Positions 14,643 through 28,453 of a stretch of DNA of 64,000 nucleotides are shown here, piece after piece. The DNA lies in NCBI RefSeq assembly GCF_006345805.1, contig NC_042999.1, forward strand, positions 53,010,001 to 53,074,000, given 5' to 3'. The translations under genes and the position numbers were made by a program. Positions within the stretch are counted from its first letter, which is position 1, and each line of letters opens with the position of its first letter. The DNA is from Octopus sinensis (taxonomy: Eukaryota). The notes beneath the pieces were generated by a model. It saw nothing but the letters and a program-made list of their open reading frames with translations, did not search any database and had not been told where the DNA came from.

Positions 14643-14690
14643 GTTTTACAGCGGTTTCTGGGATATTACGGATATCCCTTCATCAGAGAC
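14643..14690 (-). ncRNA. Minimal type I hammerhead motif (decayed) in a PLE pseudo-LTR
   Basis: gtct-CTGATGA-a-GGGATAT ccgta ATATCCC-a-GAAA-C cgct GTA-aaac; perfect 7-bp stem II. Confidence 0.6.
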
Positions 14691-15176
14691 GATGTGAGAT
14701 GCTTAAATAGAGGAAAATAGTAGAGTTCAATAAAAGGAGTTGTTTTGAAAAAGGATGGAAATAAGAGGTATAAAGGGAAATAGAATATAAGTAAAAATGA
14801 AAATATATGTATGATGTTATACTTGCAGTTCTATTATATATATATATATATATTTATAATAAAGGGTTTTTGCAACAAGTTGCTTAAACCACATACCGAA
14901 AATATTAGAAATAGCAGTCACCACAAACAACAGTATTTGTAACCCATGGGTTACAAATACTGTTCTTTGTGGAGACTTATTTTTGTAGTAATAGTAATAG
15001 TAGCCCATTTGACAGCTATTTCTAATAGTTTTGGTATGTGGTTTAAGCAACTTGTTGCAAAAAACCCTTTATTATAATTATGTAATTTTTACCGAATATG
15101 GTCCTTTCCATACCGAAAGACTACTAGGTGAAATTTATTGATTTTATTAAATTAATTATATTTCACCCTTTATATG

Positions 15177-15240
<64 letters not shown>

Positions 15241-15317
15241 GTGTGTGTGTGTATTTGTATATATATATATATAGTAAAAGAAAAACGGAAGATGAAATAT
15301 ACAAGAATTTATTATTA

Positions 15318-15426
15318 ATCACGACAATTGTTTCGACATATCTACCATCGATCCCTCGCGGGTGGGACACTCAACAACTGGTTCAGGAGCATCATTGGGC
15401 GGTGCGGAAGCGTCTCATCGGGTGAT
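15318..15426 (-). ncRNA. Type I hammerhead motif with about 80-nt stem II region (U4C in this copy)
   Basis: ATCAC-CCGATGA-GAC...GTC-GAAA-C AATT G-TC-GTGAT: stem I ATCAC/GTGAT, palindromic stem III, GUC cleavage triplet. Confidence 0.65.
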
Positions 15427-15779
15427 AAATTGGTACAACTCGTTAAAATATCAATTCCGCAATGTATGTTCTCATTTCGCAGAAAGGAAAGCAGCAAAAC
15501 GAAGGAAATATCTTCATTTACAAAGAAGATCAAAAATAAAACCACAGATGCAATAAAGAAACGAAAACACAAGAGAAAAGTATTAAAAATAACCGTTAAC
15601 GCACATGGATGTATAAACACCCTTACGCAAGTTGCGTGTCGAGTGCACACTCTCTCATGCAAGCATCCGCGAAATGTAAGCATACGTACACGTGTGGTTT
15701 CGTGCACTTACGATCACAAAGCGTGTCGAGTAGCTTTATAAGAATGGGGAGGTTAAAACTAATCTTAATTCATCCATAC

Positions 15780-16330
15780 TTTCAAATAAATCATATTAAC
15801 AGTTATTCAAATTGATTCCCACTGCATTGTGCGAAAGTACATTTATGTGCGTGCTGGAATCTTGCACATCTTTCAGACATTCTATTAATGATCTCTTCTC
15901 ATTAGTCCACAGAATAGACAGGGATTCCTCGGGGCAGAGTCGTCATCTCCTGAAAATTATATTGTATGGTTTCGCGTGCATTACTATGGACCAAGTTATG
16001 TTGTACTTAATTTGTCTTCCTTCATAATCGGCCAGAGATGTTGAATGTCTCTTATTGATTTTATTGAAGCTTGCAACATAGTTGCGTTAACGATTCTTAA
16101 ATGAATCAGAGTAATGCCCAGTGTAAACATACGCCTCCACCACCTTTTGTAAACGGTACATTTATAGTTATGATTTGTACTCATACAGAGGTTTATCAAT
16201 TGGCACTTTGATTTCTCTCTGCCTGAGCATTTATCATTTTTATTTGTATATAATAGCAGTTCTGACTTCATTTTCCTACATTGTTACCGCGTTAACTATA
16301 TCATAAGCATTTCTACTATTACAATTTGGC
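15780..16330 (-). pseudogene. Penelope-like element C-terminal GIY-YIG endonuclease remnant
   Basis: Frameshifted KCSGREKSKCQLINLC...YKCTV / YVYTGHYSDSFKNR*RN..SF...RHSTSLADY / KYNITWSIVMHAKPY...R*RLCPEE, matching the PLE pattern C.C...CPL..C..YKC..YIG.T..FK.RY.NH..SF...W.I...A.PY...C.LC.E. Confidence 0.75.
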
Positions 16331-16699
16331 CGTAATTGGTGCCTTACATTGAGTTTTACACCTTTGTTGCTATTTAGATGAGCTTGTGTGTGTGTGAGCA
16401 TGCGACAGACTTCAGCCACGTCTCTGCTGTATTCTTGGAATATGCTTTTGTTTGTAAAATTACGTTTCGTCTGATGATTATGGTTTTTTGGAATGGAGTA
16501 GTGTACTCATTCTTCTATTAAAAAGATGCGTAAGAAACACCTGTAGTGAGCTGACAATTATGCATCGTCTGTTATTATTCATTTGATTTTAATACACCAA
16601 GGGAATTTATGACTTGTCGGACACCCTAGACTATACCAACAACGTAAAATACAACGTAGCGCGTGCTTCGGAGTAGCCCCTAGGCGCTAAATACTCATA

Positions 16700-18645
16700 G
16701 AGTTGGTTTTGTCTGAGTACACAACCGGATATCCTTTATGATGGTGTGCGTTTGGAGGATTAAATTCATTCTGTGGTCCCTTTTTCGTAGAGGAGTGTTC
16801 CGGAGGATGATATCGAAGGTTTCGTTGTTAGAGGGGTTGTGTGTGGAGATGTACGTTGTAAATCTTTCTTTAGTTTGGGATGTCTGAGTGCGTATATGTT
16901 GAATTGTAGAGCATGCTGAAAGCCTATATCAGTTAGTGACAGTGGGTAGTTCCTGGTGATGAGTGTATGCTTTAGTTGATGAAGTTGTGAGTGCCAAGTG
17001 TTAGTATTAGAAACTAGTACAAATCCTTTTTGAAAGGTTGAAGGGTTTATTCATTCTAGTATGTCTGGGGTGGCATAAGTTGAACAGTAGATACAGCTTG
17101 GAGTCCGTGGGCTTATAGTATGTATCTCGTTCTATTTTGTTGTTGGTTTTCTTCACGAAGATATTGAGGAATGGAAGTTGTTGATAGCTGTATTCCATCG
17201 TTAACTGAATGTTTACACCAAGTCCATTTATAAGTGCTCGAAATTCTTTAGGTCTCGCTATACTTTCATGCCAAAGGATGAAGTAGTCATCCAGATATCT
17301 CTTCCAGTTATTTTCTATGTAGAAGGAGAATTGGTTGCCGTATTTTTCTAGTACCTTACGATAAAGACCGATTTCTAGATATCCAATGACTAGGTTAGCA
17401 AAGGAGTGGGCCTTTCTCGTACCTATCGCAGTCCCGGTTTTTTGTCAATCGAAGTTGTCTTTGAAGACAAAGCAGTTATTCTCAAAGATGAATTTTAGCC
17501 CTTCTATTACGACTTCTTTTTTGATGCAATGTGGAAGTTCACTGGAGTAATTCTCTAGCCAACATTTAATTAGCCTCTATTCCTAGGCTGTGGGGGATAT
17601 TGGAATAGAGGTTGACTACAACGAAGGATACTAGTACGGTGTTTTATTTATTGCTTTAGGGAGGTGATTGAGCATATCTAGATCGTCCCTTATGTAGCAT
17701 TTGATATGCTTGAACAATAGTTTTAAGAGTGTATCTAAAAAGCTACTGAGGCGGTGCGTTTCGCATGCGGGACCTGCTGTTATAGGTCTTAATTTGAGGC
17801 CATTAGGAGTAGGAATCTTGGTTATTATGTCTGTGGCTCTCCTGCATGCGTGACTTATTTTCTCACTTTTGTATATCTGAGGAATACCGTAGAATTGACT
17901 GGATATACTTTTGAATTTAGTCTTTTAATTCCATGTCGGTGAGCCCTTCTTTGTATAGGTTTAACATTGTTTTTAGGTTTCTCGTTATTTGCTGTTGACT
18001 GTAGTGTTGGACCTTTTCATAATACGTTGTGTCTTCTAATATGGATAGTACTAGAGTTATATAGTATACCGTGTCCGTTAAGGCAACTACATTCCTTTTA
18101 TTAGCATCTTTGATTTTTATTGTTTTATCATCCTTTAATTTGTTCAACTCAGCCTTTTTTTTTCTTTTTGCTGAAGCTTGGCTTGTGTTTTTGCTTGTGT
18201 ATATGTTGATATGGGTAATTCATGATGGATTCACAAAAACGGTCAAGAATTGTGTTCTCATATTTTTAAGGGGTGTAGTTACTTCTATTTCGGACTTACG
18301 ATTCATCCTCGTTGTATTTGTCGAATAGTTCCTCGGCGATTCTTAATTCCGCGATGTCTTCGTTCCTTTTGTTGTAGTTGGGGTGTAGGGGGAGGGTCTA
18401 AACTAGAGCCCTTTGGAGAGTATGTTGATTTGCCTTGATCTTAGTTCTTTGTGAGTTAGATTTTAGCTTCACCTGTCTGATGCTATCTCGTATCCCTGTT
18501 TAATTGGGACGGTAGCTGTTATGCAGATGTCCCCTTTTTATGTGGAGTGCCCCGTCATTGTGATTTATGGTGCGGGTTCTTGAAAAGTGTGTCCCTATAT
18601 CTCATGTTCGGATGGGGTGCTTTAGAAGGCCGTCGTTGGTAACTA
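16700..18645 (-). pseudogene. Penelope-like element reverse transcriptase, decayed
   Basis: Ordered motifs IKDANKRNVV (ADKG-like), LRPITAGP, GTAIGTRKAHSFANL, WKRYLDD (about 17284-17306), LPFLNI...YYKPTDS..YL.F..CHP.H; many stops and frameshifts. Confidence 0.9.
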
Positions 18646-18648
18646 TTA

Positions 18649-19815
18649 GGGTTAATATAAAGATCTTCACCCGTTAACAAAAACAAAAACAGCCTGCTGG
18701 GTGTTAACAACTATGTAGAAAACGAATATGACAAAAAAATTGCGCCAAAGAACATGGTGGGGTGGGGAGGGGACTTTCAGAAAATTCTCAAGATCTGATT
18801 TTTCCGTCATAACTTTCGGGAACATGGATATAAACTGACTTTTCTTTTACAGAATCCCAATTTTTGGTTATGGAGGATCCGATTCTGAAAAATAAAAATT
18901 TCGAAAATCGCATTTTCAAAATTTCAATTCTAGAAATAACAGCCAAATCTCACAAAACTGCGATAACATAATAAAAGAAATGTGTAATCAATCTACTCAG
19001 CTTTCTGCAAAGATTACTTTCAGAGTAATTTCCCGCAGCAATATGACAAAGTGATTCACGTGAAATTAAAGTGTTTTTTAAAATCTGTTTTCGAATTTTT
19101 TTCCAATCAATCAACGTGGGGAAATACGGAGATTGAGAATATGAAAGAAAATAAACACAAATTCAAACTTTAATTTCAATTTTTTTATGATAAACTCCGA
19201 CATAAAAATTATGCTCCCTCTCCGCCATACCGCTGTGTAAAAGTGAAAGTGAACGGTTATTTTGTCAGTTTCTGCATGCGGTATAGTGAAAAGAGAGTAA
19301 GATAGACTCCCAGATGAGTAGGTTGATTACTTATGTCTTTCATGTTATCGCAGTTTTGTAAGATTTGGTTGTAATTTCTAGCATATGGGTAGCCTGCTTA
19401 AAGGCCAAGGCTGTAGAATTGGGAGCGGAGGGTGTTGGTGGTATATATATATATATATTTGAAAAATTGAAATTTTACAAACAAAGTTTTTTCAAAATCG
19501 TAATCTTCGTATTTTTCTATGTATTTCGCAAAAAACTGAAATTTTCCGGAAAAAGTGGAAAATGAAGGGGATGGATATAGCGACGTAACCAATAACGTGG
19601 AATTCAGTTTTAAAAAAAAATCAATATATATCAATTTTTCTGAAAGTTATGGCGGAAAAATCGGATGTTGTGAATTTTCCGAAAGTCCTCCCCATCACCT
19701 AGGTCTGTTTGCGCAATTCTTATTTTGTCATATTTGTTTTCTACACAGTTGTTAACACCCAGCAGGCTGTTTTTTTTCTTGATTTTGTTAATGGGTGAAG
19801 GTCTTTATATTAACC
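18649..19815. mobile_element. Non-autonomous DNA transposon with long imperfect TIRs (over 200 bp)
   Basis: ggttaatataaagatcttcacccgttaac...cagcctgctgggtgttaacaact mirrored at 19590-19815; inner arms 18930-19000 vs 19310-19380; flanks aactatta / aattatta (8-bp TSD, one mismatch). Confidence 0.85.
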
Positions 19816-20242
19816 AATTATTACGTGTGGTACGGGTTTCTTGAGCGTAGTTATTTAGTGGATTGTCGAAACCAAAACTCCGTTGGTACCACCTTATCGG
19901 GGGGGGGGGTAAGATGTAACGTCTATCTTGCAGGTATTGATTTTTTATTCCTTTGTTTGATGTTTAGGCACCACCAATGTTGTTTCGCTGACGGGTTATG
20001 AAGTTAATTTCATTTAATTTTTCCACAATTTAATTGTTTTTATACTATAGTCTAAGTTGAAAAAGTCGCAAAGGCAGAAACCGGTACTAAAATGTTCTTC
20101 ATGATGAAATTATTTTAGCATTTTCTACCTTGTCCTATTTTCGTTATATGTATATATGTGTGTGTGTGTGTGTGTGCGTGTGTGTGTGTCTCCTTGTGTG
20201 TGTGTGTGTGTGTGTGCGTGCGTGCGTGAGTGTGGGTGTGTA

Positions 20243-21592
20243 TATGGCGGGCTACTTTCAGTTTTCGTCTGCCAAATCCACTCACAAGGTGTTGGTCGGC
20301 CCAAGGCTAGAGTAGAAGACACTTGCGCGAGTTGCCACACAAAGAGACTGAACCCGGAACCATGTGGTTGGTAAACAAGCTACTTTATTTCATAAATTGG
20401 CCAAAGCAAAAATTTAGCAGCTGGTTGGACCAGACAAAAATTATAATGGAATGAAAAAAATTAAAAGATGGTTGATGGGGGAAGCAGACAACGTTCGCTG
20501 ATTGCTACTTCCCGAAAACATAATTCTCTTTTTCTCAACAACACAAAATGTGGTAATGAAACTCTTACCAAAATCCAAAGAATGGACGCAATCGATCTTG
20601 CAACTTTTGGAGACTGAGCCTCTTACCAAAATATTAAAGATTTCAATTTCAAATCGAGGCAATAAGGCCTCTTACCTTTCCTCCCCGATCAGGTAATATG
20701 CCTCCTGCAGGCAATCCTGGAGTTCAAATTCGGGGTCCCGGAAAGAATAACTGTATTGGTCCTTGGGAAAGGAGTTCTTCACTCTAAACATATCATTTCC
20801 CATTATGCCCTCCGCAGTTCCCTCCGGAGGCCAATCCGGGTCTTCAGTACAGGACGGGACCCCGTCCCTCCGGCTTTCTAGCTTCTTCACAAAGCTCTGT
20901 ACAGCCCAGAAAGAAGATCACAAAATCATCCTTCATCATAATGGGAGGGGCCACAGTTTCCTCCGTCGGTGGCACAATTTCCACCGAGGAGGTTTCAGGA
21001 TATGCCGGCAGTGTACTACTAACCGCCGGTAATGTCCCATTTTTTTTTCTCCCTTGTGCTACGGGTAGGTGTAGTTCCTCCGCTTTATCCGGAGGATCTT
21101 CCCTCCCTCCTGCAGAAAAAAAAGAGAAAAAAGAAGGAAGGAAGACACGGCAACACACATCTCCGGTCACCCGGTACATCTGGCCAAAAGGTACTCCACA
21201 GTTACTCCAAAAATAAACAGGGACACAGCAGCAGGAACAGAGCTACCACAAATTGGTAAAAATTCAGAAATTTCTATCACAAAAATTCACAATTTTTGGA
21301 GTCGGGATACGCCCCCAAAACAACATAAATCTCACAATTAAGTGAGACGGCGGAACTATAGGAAGACAAATGCCTGCAACTCAGTAGGGATTTCTTGTTC
21401 GAAAAAATGGACAACAAATAACAAACCCCCATTGAAATCCACCCACTCCAAAACAAATGTCTTACAGTTACGCCTTCACAGTTCTTCAATTTAAGACCGC
21501 TGCAAAGCAGTGTCTTGACAACACCAGTGCAGAAGTAAAACTATAGCATGCGCGTAAGTAAATTATTTACCACACAGCCACTCGTGAGCCTC
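20243..21592 (-). mobile_element. CORE-type tRNA SINE split by a nested 1.18-kb insertion
   Basis: SINE reads to ...caagctacttta (20387) and resumes tttaccacacagccactc (21566); compare uninterrupted copies at 29289-29690 and 53190-53350. Confidence 0.75.
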
Positions 21593-21607
21593 ATATATAT
21601 ATTTATA

Positions 21608-21654
<47 letters not shown>

Positions 21655-22479
21655 TGTTCATCGGTGATTTTAGTATCGCTGTATCTCGATTAAAATGCTT
21701 TGTGATTGATAGGGATTTAGTTACGGTAATTTAGGCCGCTGGAATCCATACAACTTTACAAAATTAGTCACCAGAGCTCAATAGCATAAGTGATTGTGTA
21801 AGTCGTGTTGGGAATACAATCAAATAAAACTAAGCTTACAACAGTAAAATAACACACAAGAAATATATATATATATATATATAACTTATATAATTTTAAT
21901 AACAAATCTTGTGTCTTACATAAAACTATATAAGTATTTATTTCCCATAATTGCTTGTTTGTATTGTTTGCTAGCGGTCGCCTAAAACCACATACACAGT
22001 GTTTGATGCATGCTATAGTATGCAGCATTTACGTAACACAGAAACATGGCGACTCCATTTAGTGTAAGTGGTACAGAGTTATTATATCCAGAAAGGTTGT
22101 AAAGAACATAAAGTATATTAGAGTAATACCGTGCAGAACTAAAAGCAATATAATTTTATAATGTTGTTGTTAAGAAAATAAAGTATATTTTAAGATGAGT
22201 GCTGAGAACGTGATGTAAATATAGATGCAAGAGAAGTAATCGCTTACACCGGAAATATAAGAAAATAGTTTTGAAGAAGCATCGGAATTGACGACGGTGT
22301 ATCACAGCGCAAATATACATCGTCTATACGACGCATCATTTCTCTCATAACTCATACATATCCATACTCATATATACATACGTATATGTGTGTGTGTGAG
22401 TGTATATGTGTGTGTGTGTCTGTGTGTGTGTGCGTGCACTTCGTATTTGGATTTGGTTTTTGGAAGATACATACATTTG

Positions 22480-22688
22480 CATGCGCACACACACTGACCC
22501 CCACACATGCGCACAAACAAACAATAAGAACGCAGCGCGGATAATAGACATAGCCAACGACTATCGAAAAGGTTGCAAGACTCAACCAAATATTAGGAAA
22601 AGAATGTAATTAAATGAGTGGAAACTCTACCTATGAGTGTGTTAAATAATAAGGCACTAAAAGAAAATGACCCTCCCCAGACACATCA

Positions 22689-22692
<4 letters not shown>
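22480..22692 (+). mobile_element. PLE pseudo-LTR-like dispersed repeat; second copy inverted at 36265-36470
   Basis: Shared gtgtgttaaataataaggcactaaaaga.aatgac.ctccccagacaca.cagaat block and hammerhead-like motif. Confidence 0.65.
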
Positions 22693-22731
<39 letters not shown>

Positions 22732-22891
22732 ATATATTGGTAGCTACTTCGAAATTCGGTTTACTTCTCTCCGTCAAATACTCTACAGAAAATTATTGAT
22801 TAAACCTCTGTTTCATGTTAAATTATTTTTCAATGTATAACACGTAAGAAATCAGAGTATATATTATATTCTATTATATACATACATACAG

Positions 22892-22949
<58 letters not shown>

Positions 22950-23165
22950 CACGCATGCACGCAGGGGGAACATGATTCCGCCATTATTCTAGACATTACA
23001 TAAAAAATACGATGAAAAACGAAGATGGCTTTTTTGCTAGTGACGTTGTTGTAGATTCTACCAGAAAAATTCCGCCCACTCCCACACACTCCAACCCACA
23101 CATATACACATATACACATACACCAACACACACAGACACTCACACAAACTTACACACACACACAC

Positions 23166-23204
<39 letters not shown>

Positions 23205-23550
23205 GTCCACTATGTTCATTGAAATGATGCTGAATCATGACATTTGCTAATTCTTATAGACATATGTCTGTCCCGATCACCAGTTAAGCCGCAAAGCGTA
23301 TCACATGAAAAGGGACACATGCACTTTTATGTGCTGGTTGTAAGGTAATTACCACCTTCTGTCGTTAACAAGTCAGAGTGTACAAAAACAAATCCGGTAC
23401 AAAACGAATGTTTGACAATATATTTCTTTTGTATTTGATTTGCTTCTAATTTTTGTCCGTTTAATGCGATTGTTAAGAAAATGATTGAAGATATTTGGTA
23501 TATATTTCCCACGATTGATACCCTATTAATATATTTAACATCCATTAAGA

Positions 23551-23775
23551 CGGTGAACTGGCAGAAACGTTAGCACGCCAGGTGAAATGCTTAGAGGTAT
23601 TTCGTCTGTCTTTACATTCTGAGTTCAAATTCCGCCGAGGTCGACTTTGCCTTTCATCCTTTCGGGGTTAATAAATAAAGTACCAGTTACGCACTGGAGT
23701 CGATGTAATCGACTTAATCCTTTGTCTGTCCTTGTTTGTTCACTCTATGTTTTGCCTCTTGTGGGCAATAAAGAA
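23551..23775 (+). mobile_element. tRNA-derived SINE with Meta/Sauria-like central domain
   Basis: B box GAGTTCAAATTCC then GAGGTCGACTTTGCCTTTCATCCTTTCGGGG..ATAAATAAGTACCAG; near-identical inverted copy at 39735-39960. Confidence 0.85.
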
Positions 23776-24380
23776 ACATATATTTTACCTCCAGCCGTTC
23801 ACACAAATGGTACATTTATCTTAATAATAATGTGATTAATGTGATCGTCACATCTTGAAGATTATAGCCACAATTATAGGAGAGTCTCCCCAGACACAAC
23901 AGAATATGCTTCAACACACGAACTCACATAAAGAATCTTGTAAACCAAATCCAAAAACGAAATATAAGAGTTGTTGTGCCAATTCTTCATCTTTTCGAAT
24001 GAAATGCCAAGTCCATCTCAATCTGCAAAGTTTCCAAATTAGATACTTCGTGTTATTTTCTATGCACCTCTGACCCCATCGTGCAAAGTATAACTTCATC
24101 CAAATATCAGCGGATGCCGAATTCAGTTTGCAGTTTCTCTCAAAAAAATATACTCATATTTCAAACATGAAGTGAACTGATTGGAGAAACTGTAACCCTC
24201 AAAACATGACCTCATGGCGATACTTCAGGATCAACACGAGGCTATTTCAGAACAGAGCTGACATGGTAAAACAATTTTATTAATTGCATTGTGACGAGTA
24301 TACGATTAAGAAAAGTGACAACTGAGATGCAACGATAAGTGTGTGTATTTTGTGTGCGTGTGTTGCGTGTGTGTGTGTAT

Positions 24381-24389
24381 GAGAGAGCG

Positions 24390-24464
<75 letters not shown>
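24381..24464. repeat. (GA)n microsatellite
   Basis: Direct reading. Confidence 0.97.
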
Positions 24465-24466
<2 letters not shown>

Positions 24467-24943
24467 CAAGCTACTGAGTTGTGCTGTTGCGGATATTAAT
24501 ACGTTTAGAATAGATTTGAAAGCGAAGAAAAACGGAAGTCCTTGTGAAGTTTATAACACATTAAAAAGGCATTTTAGACAGTCACTGTTATCGGATCACT
24601 GAACAGAATAGGAAGATTCAGTAAGCACTATGAACTTGATTTATAAAGGAGTCGAGATCCATCACATGCTGTTAATTGCACGATTTTTGAACATCAAAAC
24701 TCGTACAATCAATGATTTATTTCCCATATAAAAACACATAACTCTTTTTGCAACGTTCCTCCTTCTCTCCCTTTAATATCAATCTATCTCTTTCTGTCCC
24801 CTCACTTTCTCTCTCTACATATATATATATATATGCGTGTGTGTATGCTTGTGTGTGTATGTGTGTGTGTGTGTGCGTGAGTGTGTGTGTGTGTGAGTGT
24901 GTGTGTGTGTGTGTGTATGTGTGTGTGTGTGTGTGTTTGTGTA

Positions 24944-25825
24944 CAGAGTGTAGTCAATAAACTGTCGTCTAAATTACGCAAAAATGAAAATAACACTGGT
25001 ATCTCATTTTAACAGATATATTTACCAAAATTACAAAAAAAAATTATCGTGAAATATTAAAGAGTAAATTTATTTAATAAAATCGCCATTGGCTTCAGCC
25101 ACGGCCCTCCAGACGACTACGGAATCTCTTGCAACTCTTCTGGGCTGCCTCCTTGTTTAACGTTGGTGAATGCTGACATAACCCTTGCCTTCACTTCATC
25201 TTTGGTGTTACAAGAAGTTTTGTTGGTCTCTTGCTCACCCGTACTCCCCACATGATAATCAAGGGGGTTTCAGAGTGGGGAGTTAGATACCCAGATGTTA
25301 GAGGTGATGTGGTCAATGTTAGCGGTGTGTGACAGCCATGACTGGGTTCTACTGTTTGTGTTTGGCAAGGGGCAAAGTCCTCTTGCCAGATATAGGGTCT
25401 TCCAGCAGCTATCCTCTTGACCCAGGGAGCACTACCTCCTTCAGGCACTTGATGTAGGCATCCGTGTTGAGTCTGAGGCCGTGTGGGAAGATGAATGTAG
25501 GCATAACATCGCCATCACTAGTGATCACTCCAATCACCGTGATGCTGATTGGATGTTTAATTTTTATATCTCTCTGTACTTGTCATCCCATTGACACGCA
25601 AAAACACTGAGATGTTCGTAGTGGAGCTTCCAGCTCGAAAGCCAAGCAGTACGGCATGTTGTTTCTAAATTTTGGGCAGAGTTAATTGCGTCATGGTGCT
25701 ATTTTCTCACAGACGGTGTCCAACTGACCCTGCTATACTCTCTACTCGACAAAATAAAACACAGACAATGAACATGCGCGAAATTAAAACTATAGTATGG
25801 AGACATTTTACCCATCGCACGCCTG
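24944..25825 (-). mobile_element. Internally deleted Tc1/mariner (DD37D/maT-like) transposon
   Basis: PWVKRIAAGRPYIWQEDFAP and IWVSNSPL*NPLDYHV (WPPNSPDxNPLDY-like); degenerate cag...taaa.tgtc ends, TA at the left end. Confidence 0.75.
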
Positions 25826-25864
25826 AATGCTTACATACATATATATTTATACATATATATATAG

Positions 25865-25967
<103 letters not shown>

Positions 25968-26128
25968 TTATATATTTGTATGTATGGATACAGTTATACA
26001 GAAACACATTTATATACGCACGCACATACACACACACAGATACACACACATATATATATATATGCACACTCGCGCATAGTTATGTCTTCTAACATGTTTC
26101 TCTCACCTTTGAACATATAAATATTTAA

Positions 26129-26183
<55 letters not shown>

Positions 26184-26779
26184 CATCAGTGTGTGCATGT
26201 GTGTAGTTGTGTGTGTATAAATCTGCGCGTGCGCGTGTGCTTGTGTGTCTGTGTGCGGGTGTATGTATCTGCGTGTGTGTGTGCGCGCACGTCCCAACAC
26301 GTGTGCCTGCAAACACGCACCAACGATACGCTGTGTCGAGCGAATAAGAGAGCAACGCTTAATCTATGTCGCAAATAATATCATGTATTGAATATTCCCT
26401 TCAACACCTTAAATGTAAGGTCTCTTGCCCGAAGACTGAAGCTGGACTCAACCTATAATGGAAGCAATCTACAAACATTATTATAGATCAACAAGCCCAC
26501 AGAAACAGCTGTTGAGTCAGTTACACATTTCTTTAATAACTTTAATTCCCTAGATCATTTATATTTTGTATAATTCGGAACTTATTGTATGTTAACATAT
26601 ATGCATTTTTGTATTACATGTATAATATTATAGAAATATTGATCTGTCTAACTTGCATATCACTACATTTATATTTCTACCCGCTCAAGTTTAAATCACT
26701 TGAGCACCATTAAGCGTATTCTATACGGGGATGTTGATCGTCATTACATGTATGGTATATCTATATATATGTATATGTA

Positions 26780-26824
<45 letters not shown>

Positions 26825-27113
26825 TATATATATATATATATATTATATATAGATAGATATATATATAAATACTATATACACTATGTATATACATATGTAT
26901 ATACATATGTATATACATAGTATATACATATGTATATATATATATGTGTATATATATATAATAGATATATCTATATATATATATATAATATTATATATAT
27001 ATATATGCATACATAAATGTATACGAACTTACACATCTACGTATAATTACATACATGCATAATAATTTATGTACATATTTGTGGTGTAGGTGCGTGCTTA
27101 TGTGTTTCAGACA

Positions 27114-27164
<51 letters not shown>

Positions 27165-27247
27165 GCACACATACAGACACAAATGTGTACAGGGTTGTTG
27201 TTTGTACATATGCATGTCTGAATGTATTTATCTATTTGTTTTATGTA

Positions 27248-27332
<85 letters not shown>

Positions 27333-27704
27333 ATACACATGTATGTATACGTTGGCATTTATGTATGTATATAGTATGTATGCATGTATGTGTATACTAA
27401 AGCGGAGTGGGAGAGAAGAGCAGACACACTGAGTCAGGCAATGAATAAGAATGCAACAAATCACTATTCCGCGATAAAGTCTAAACTTATATTTATACAA
27501 TAAATCGTAATGGTTTTCATTTGTATTTTAACTTCGCTTTCTGTTGAAGCAGTAAAAGGCTCCACTGCATGGTTTTATTACTGTTGTTACTTCAATTACA
27601 AACATTTGTGTATTAAATAGGTTTTTATTCAATTACATTATCCCATTCTAAGTGGAAAAATTGTATTTGTAAAGCACACACATATATATACATACATATA
27701 TACA

Positions 27705-27755
<51 letters not shown>

Positions 27756-27940
27756 ATGCATAATTATATATAAATATGATTGTAGACATGTGAGTGTTGT
27801 ACATATAAACGGTTTATACGTATATATGATAATATATATATATTATATAAGAGAGAGAGAGAGAGAGACTTATAAACATACATACTTATAAATATAACTA
27901 TATACATGCGAGTGTGTGCTTACTTATAACGAGTTTATAC

Positions 27941-27993
<53 letters not shown>

Positions 27994-27996
27994 GTC

Positions 27997-28030
<34 letters not shown>

Positions 28031-28422
28031 ATATATCATTATATATATATATATCGATATGTATATATAGATAAATAATATATTATATATATATATATTA
28101 TATATATATGTATACATGCAGACATGCATATATGTATTATAAATATGCTCTATACACGCTCGCATATACAAGCACGCACGACGCATACTCATATAGTATT
28201 GTGTGTTTATGTGTAGGTATACATAAAATCGAATTAACATTAAATTGAAAGTCGAATCCTAAATATTTTCATCAGATTTCGTAGTTATGGATTTTTCGGA
28301 ATAAAAATCTTCATTGTGTTTAGACAGTCTCTCAATGACATGCAATGCGTAAATTTGAATTTAGTATGGATCTTTACAGTCGCACACGCACACACACAAA
28401 CACACACACTCACACACACACA

Positions 28423-28453
<31 letters not shown>

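Noticed and set aside
15943-15945. In-frame TGA at the first Cys of the PLE endonuclease CxxC (selenocysteine, as in Naiad PLEs)
   Set aside because: The copy also has a TAA stop and frameshifts, so decay explains it; only a family consensus with TGA plus a SECIS element would revive the idea.
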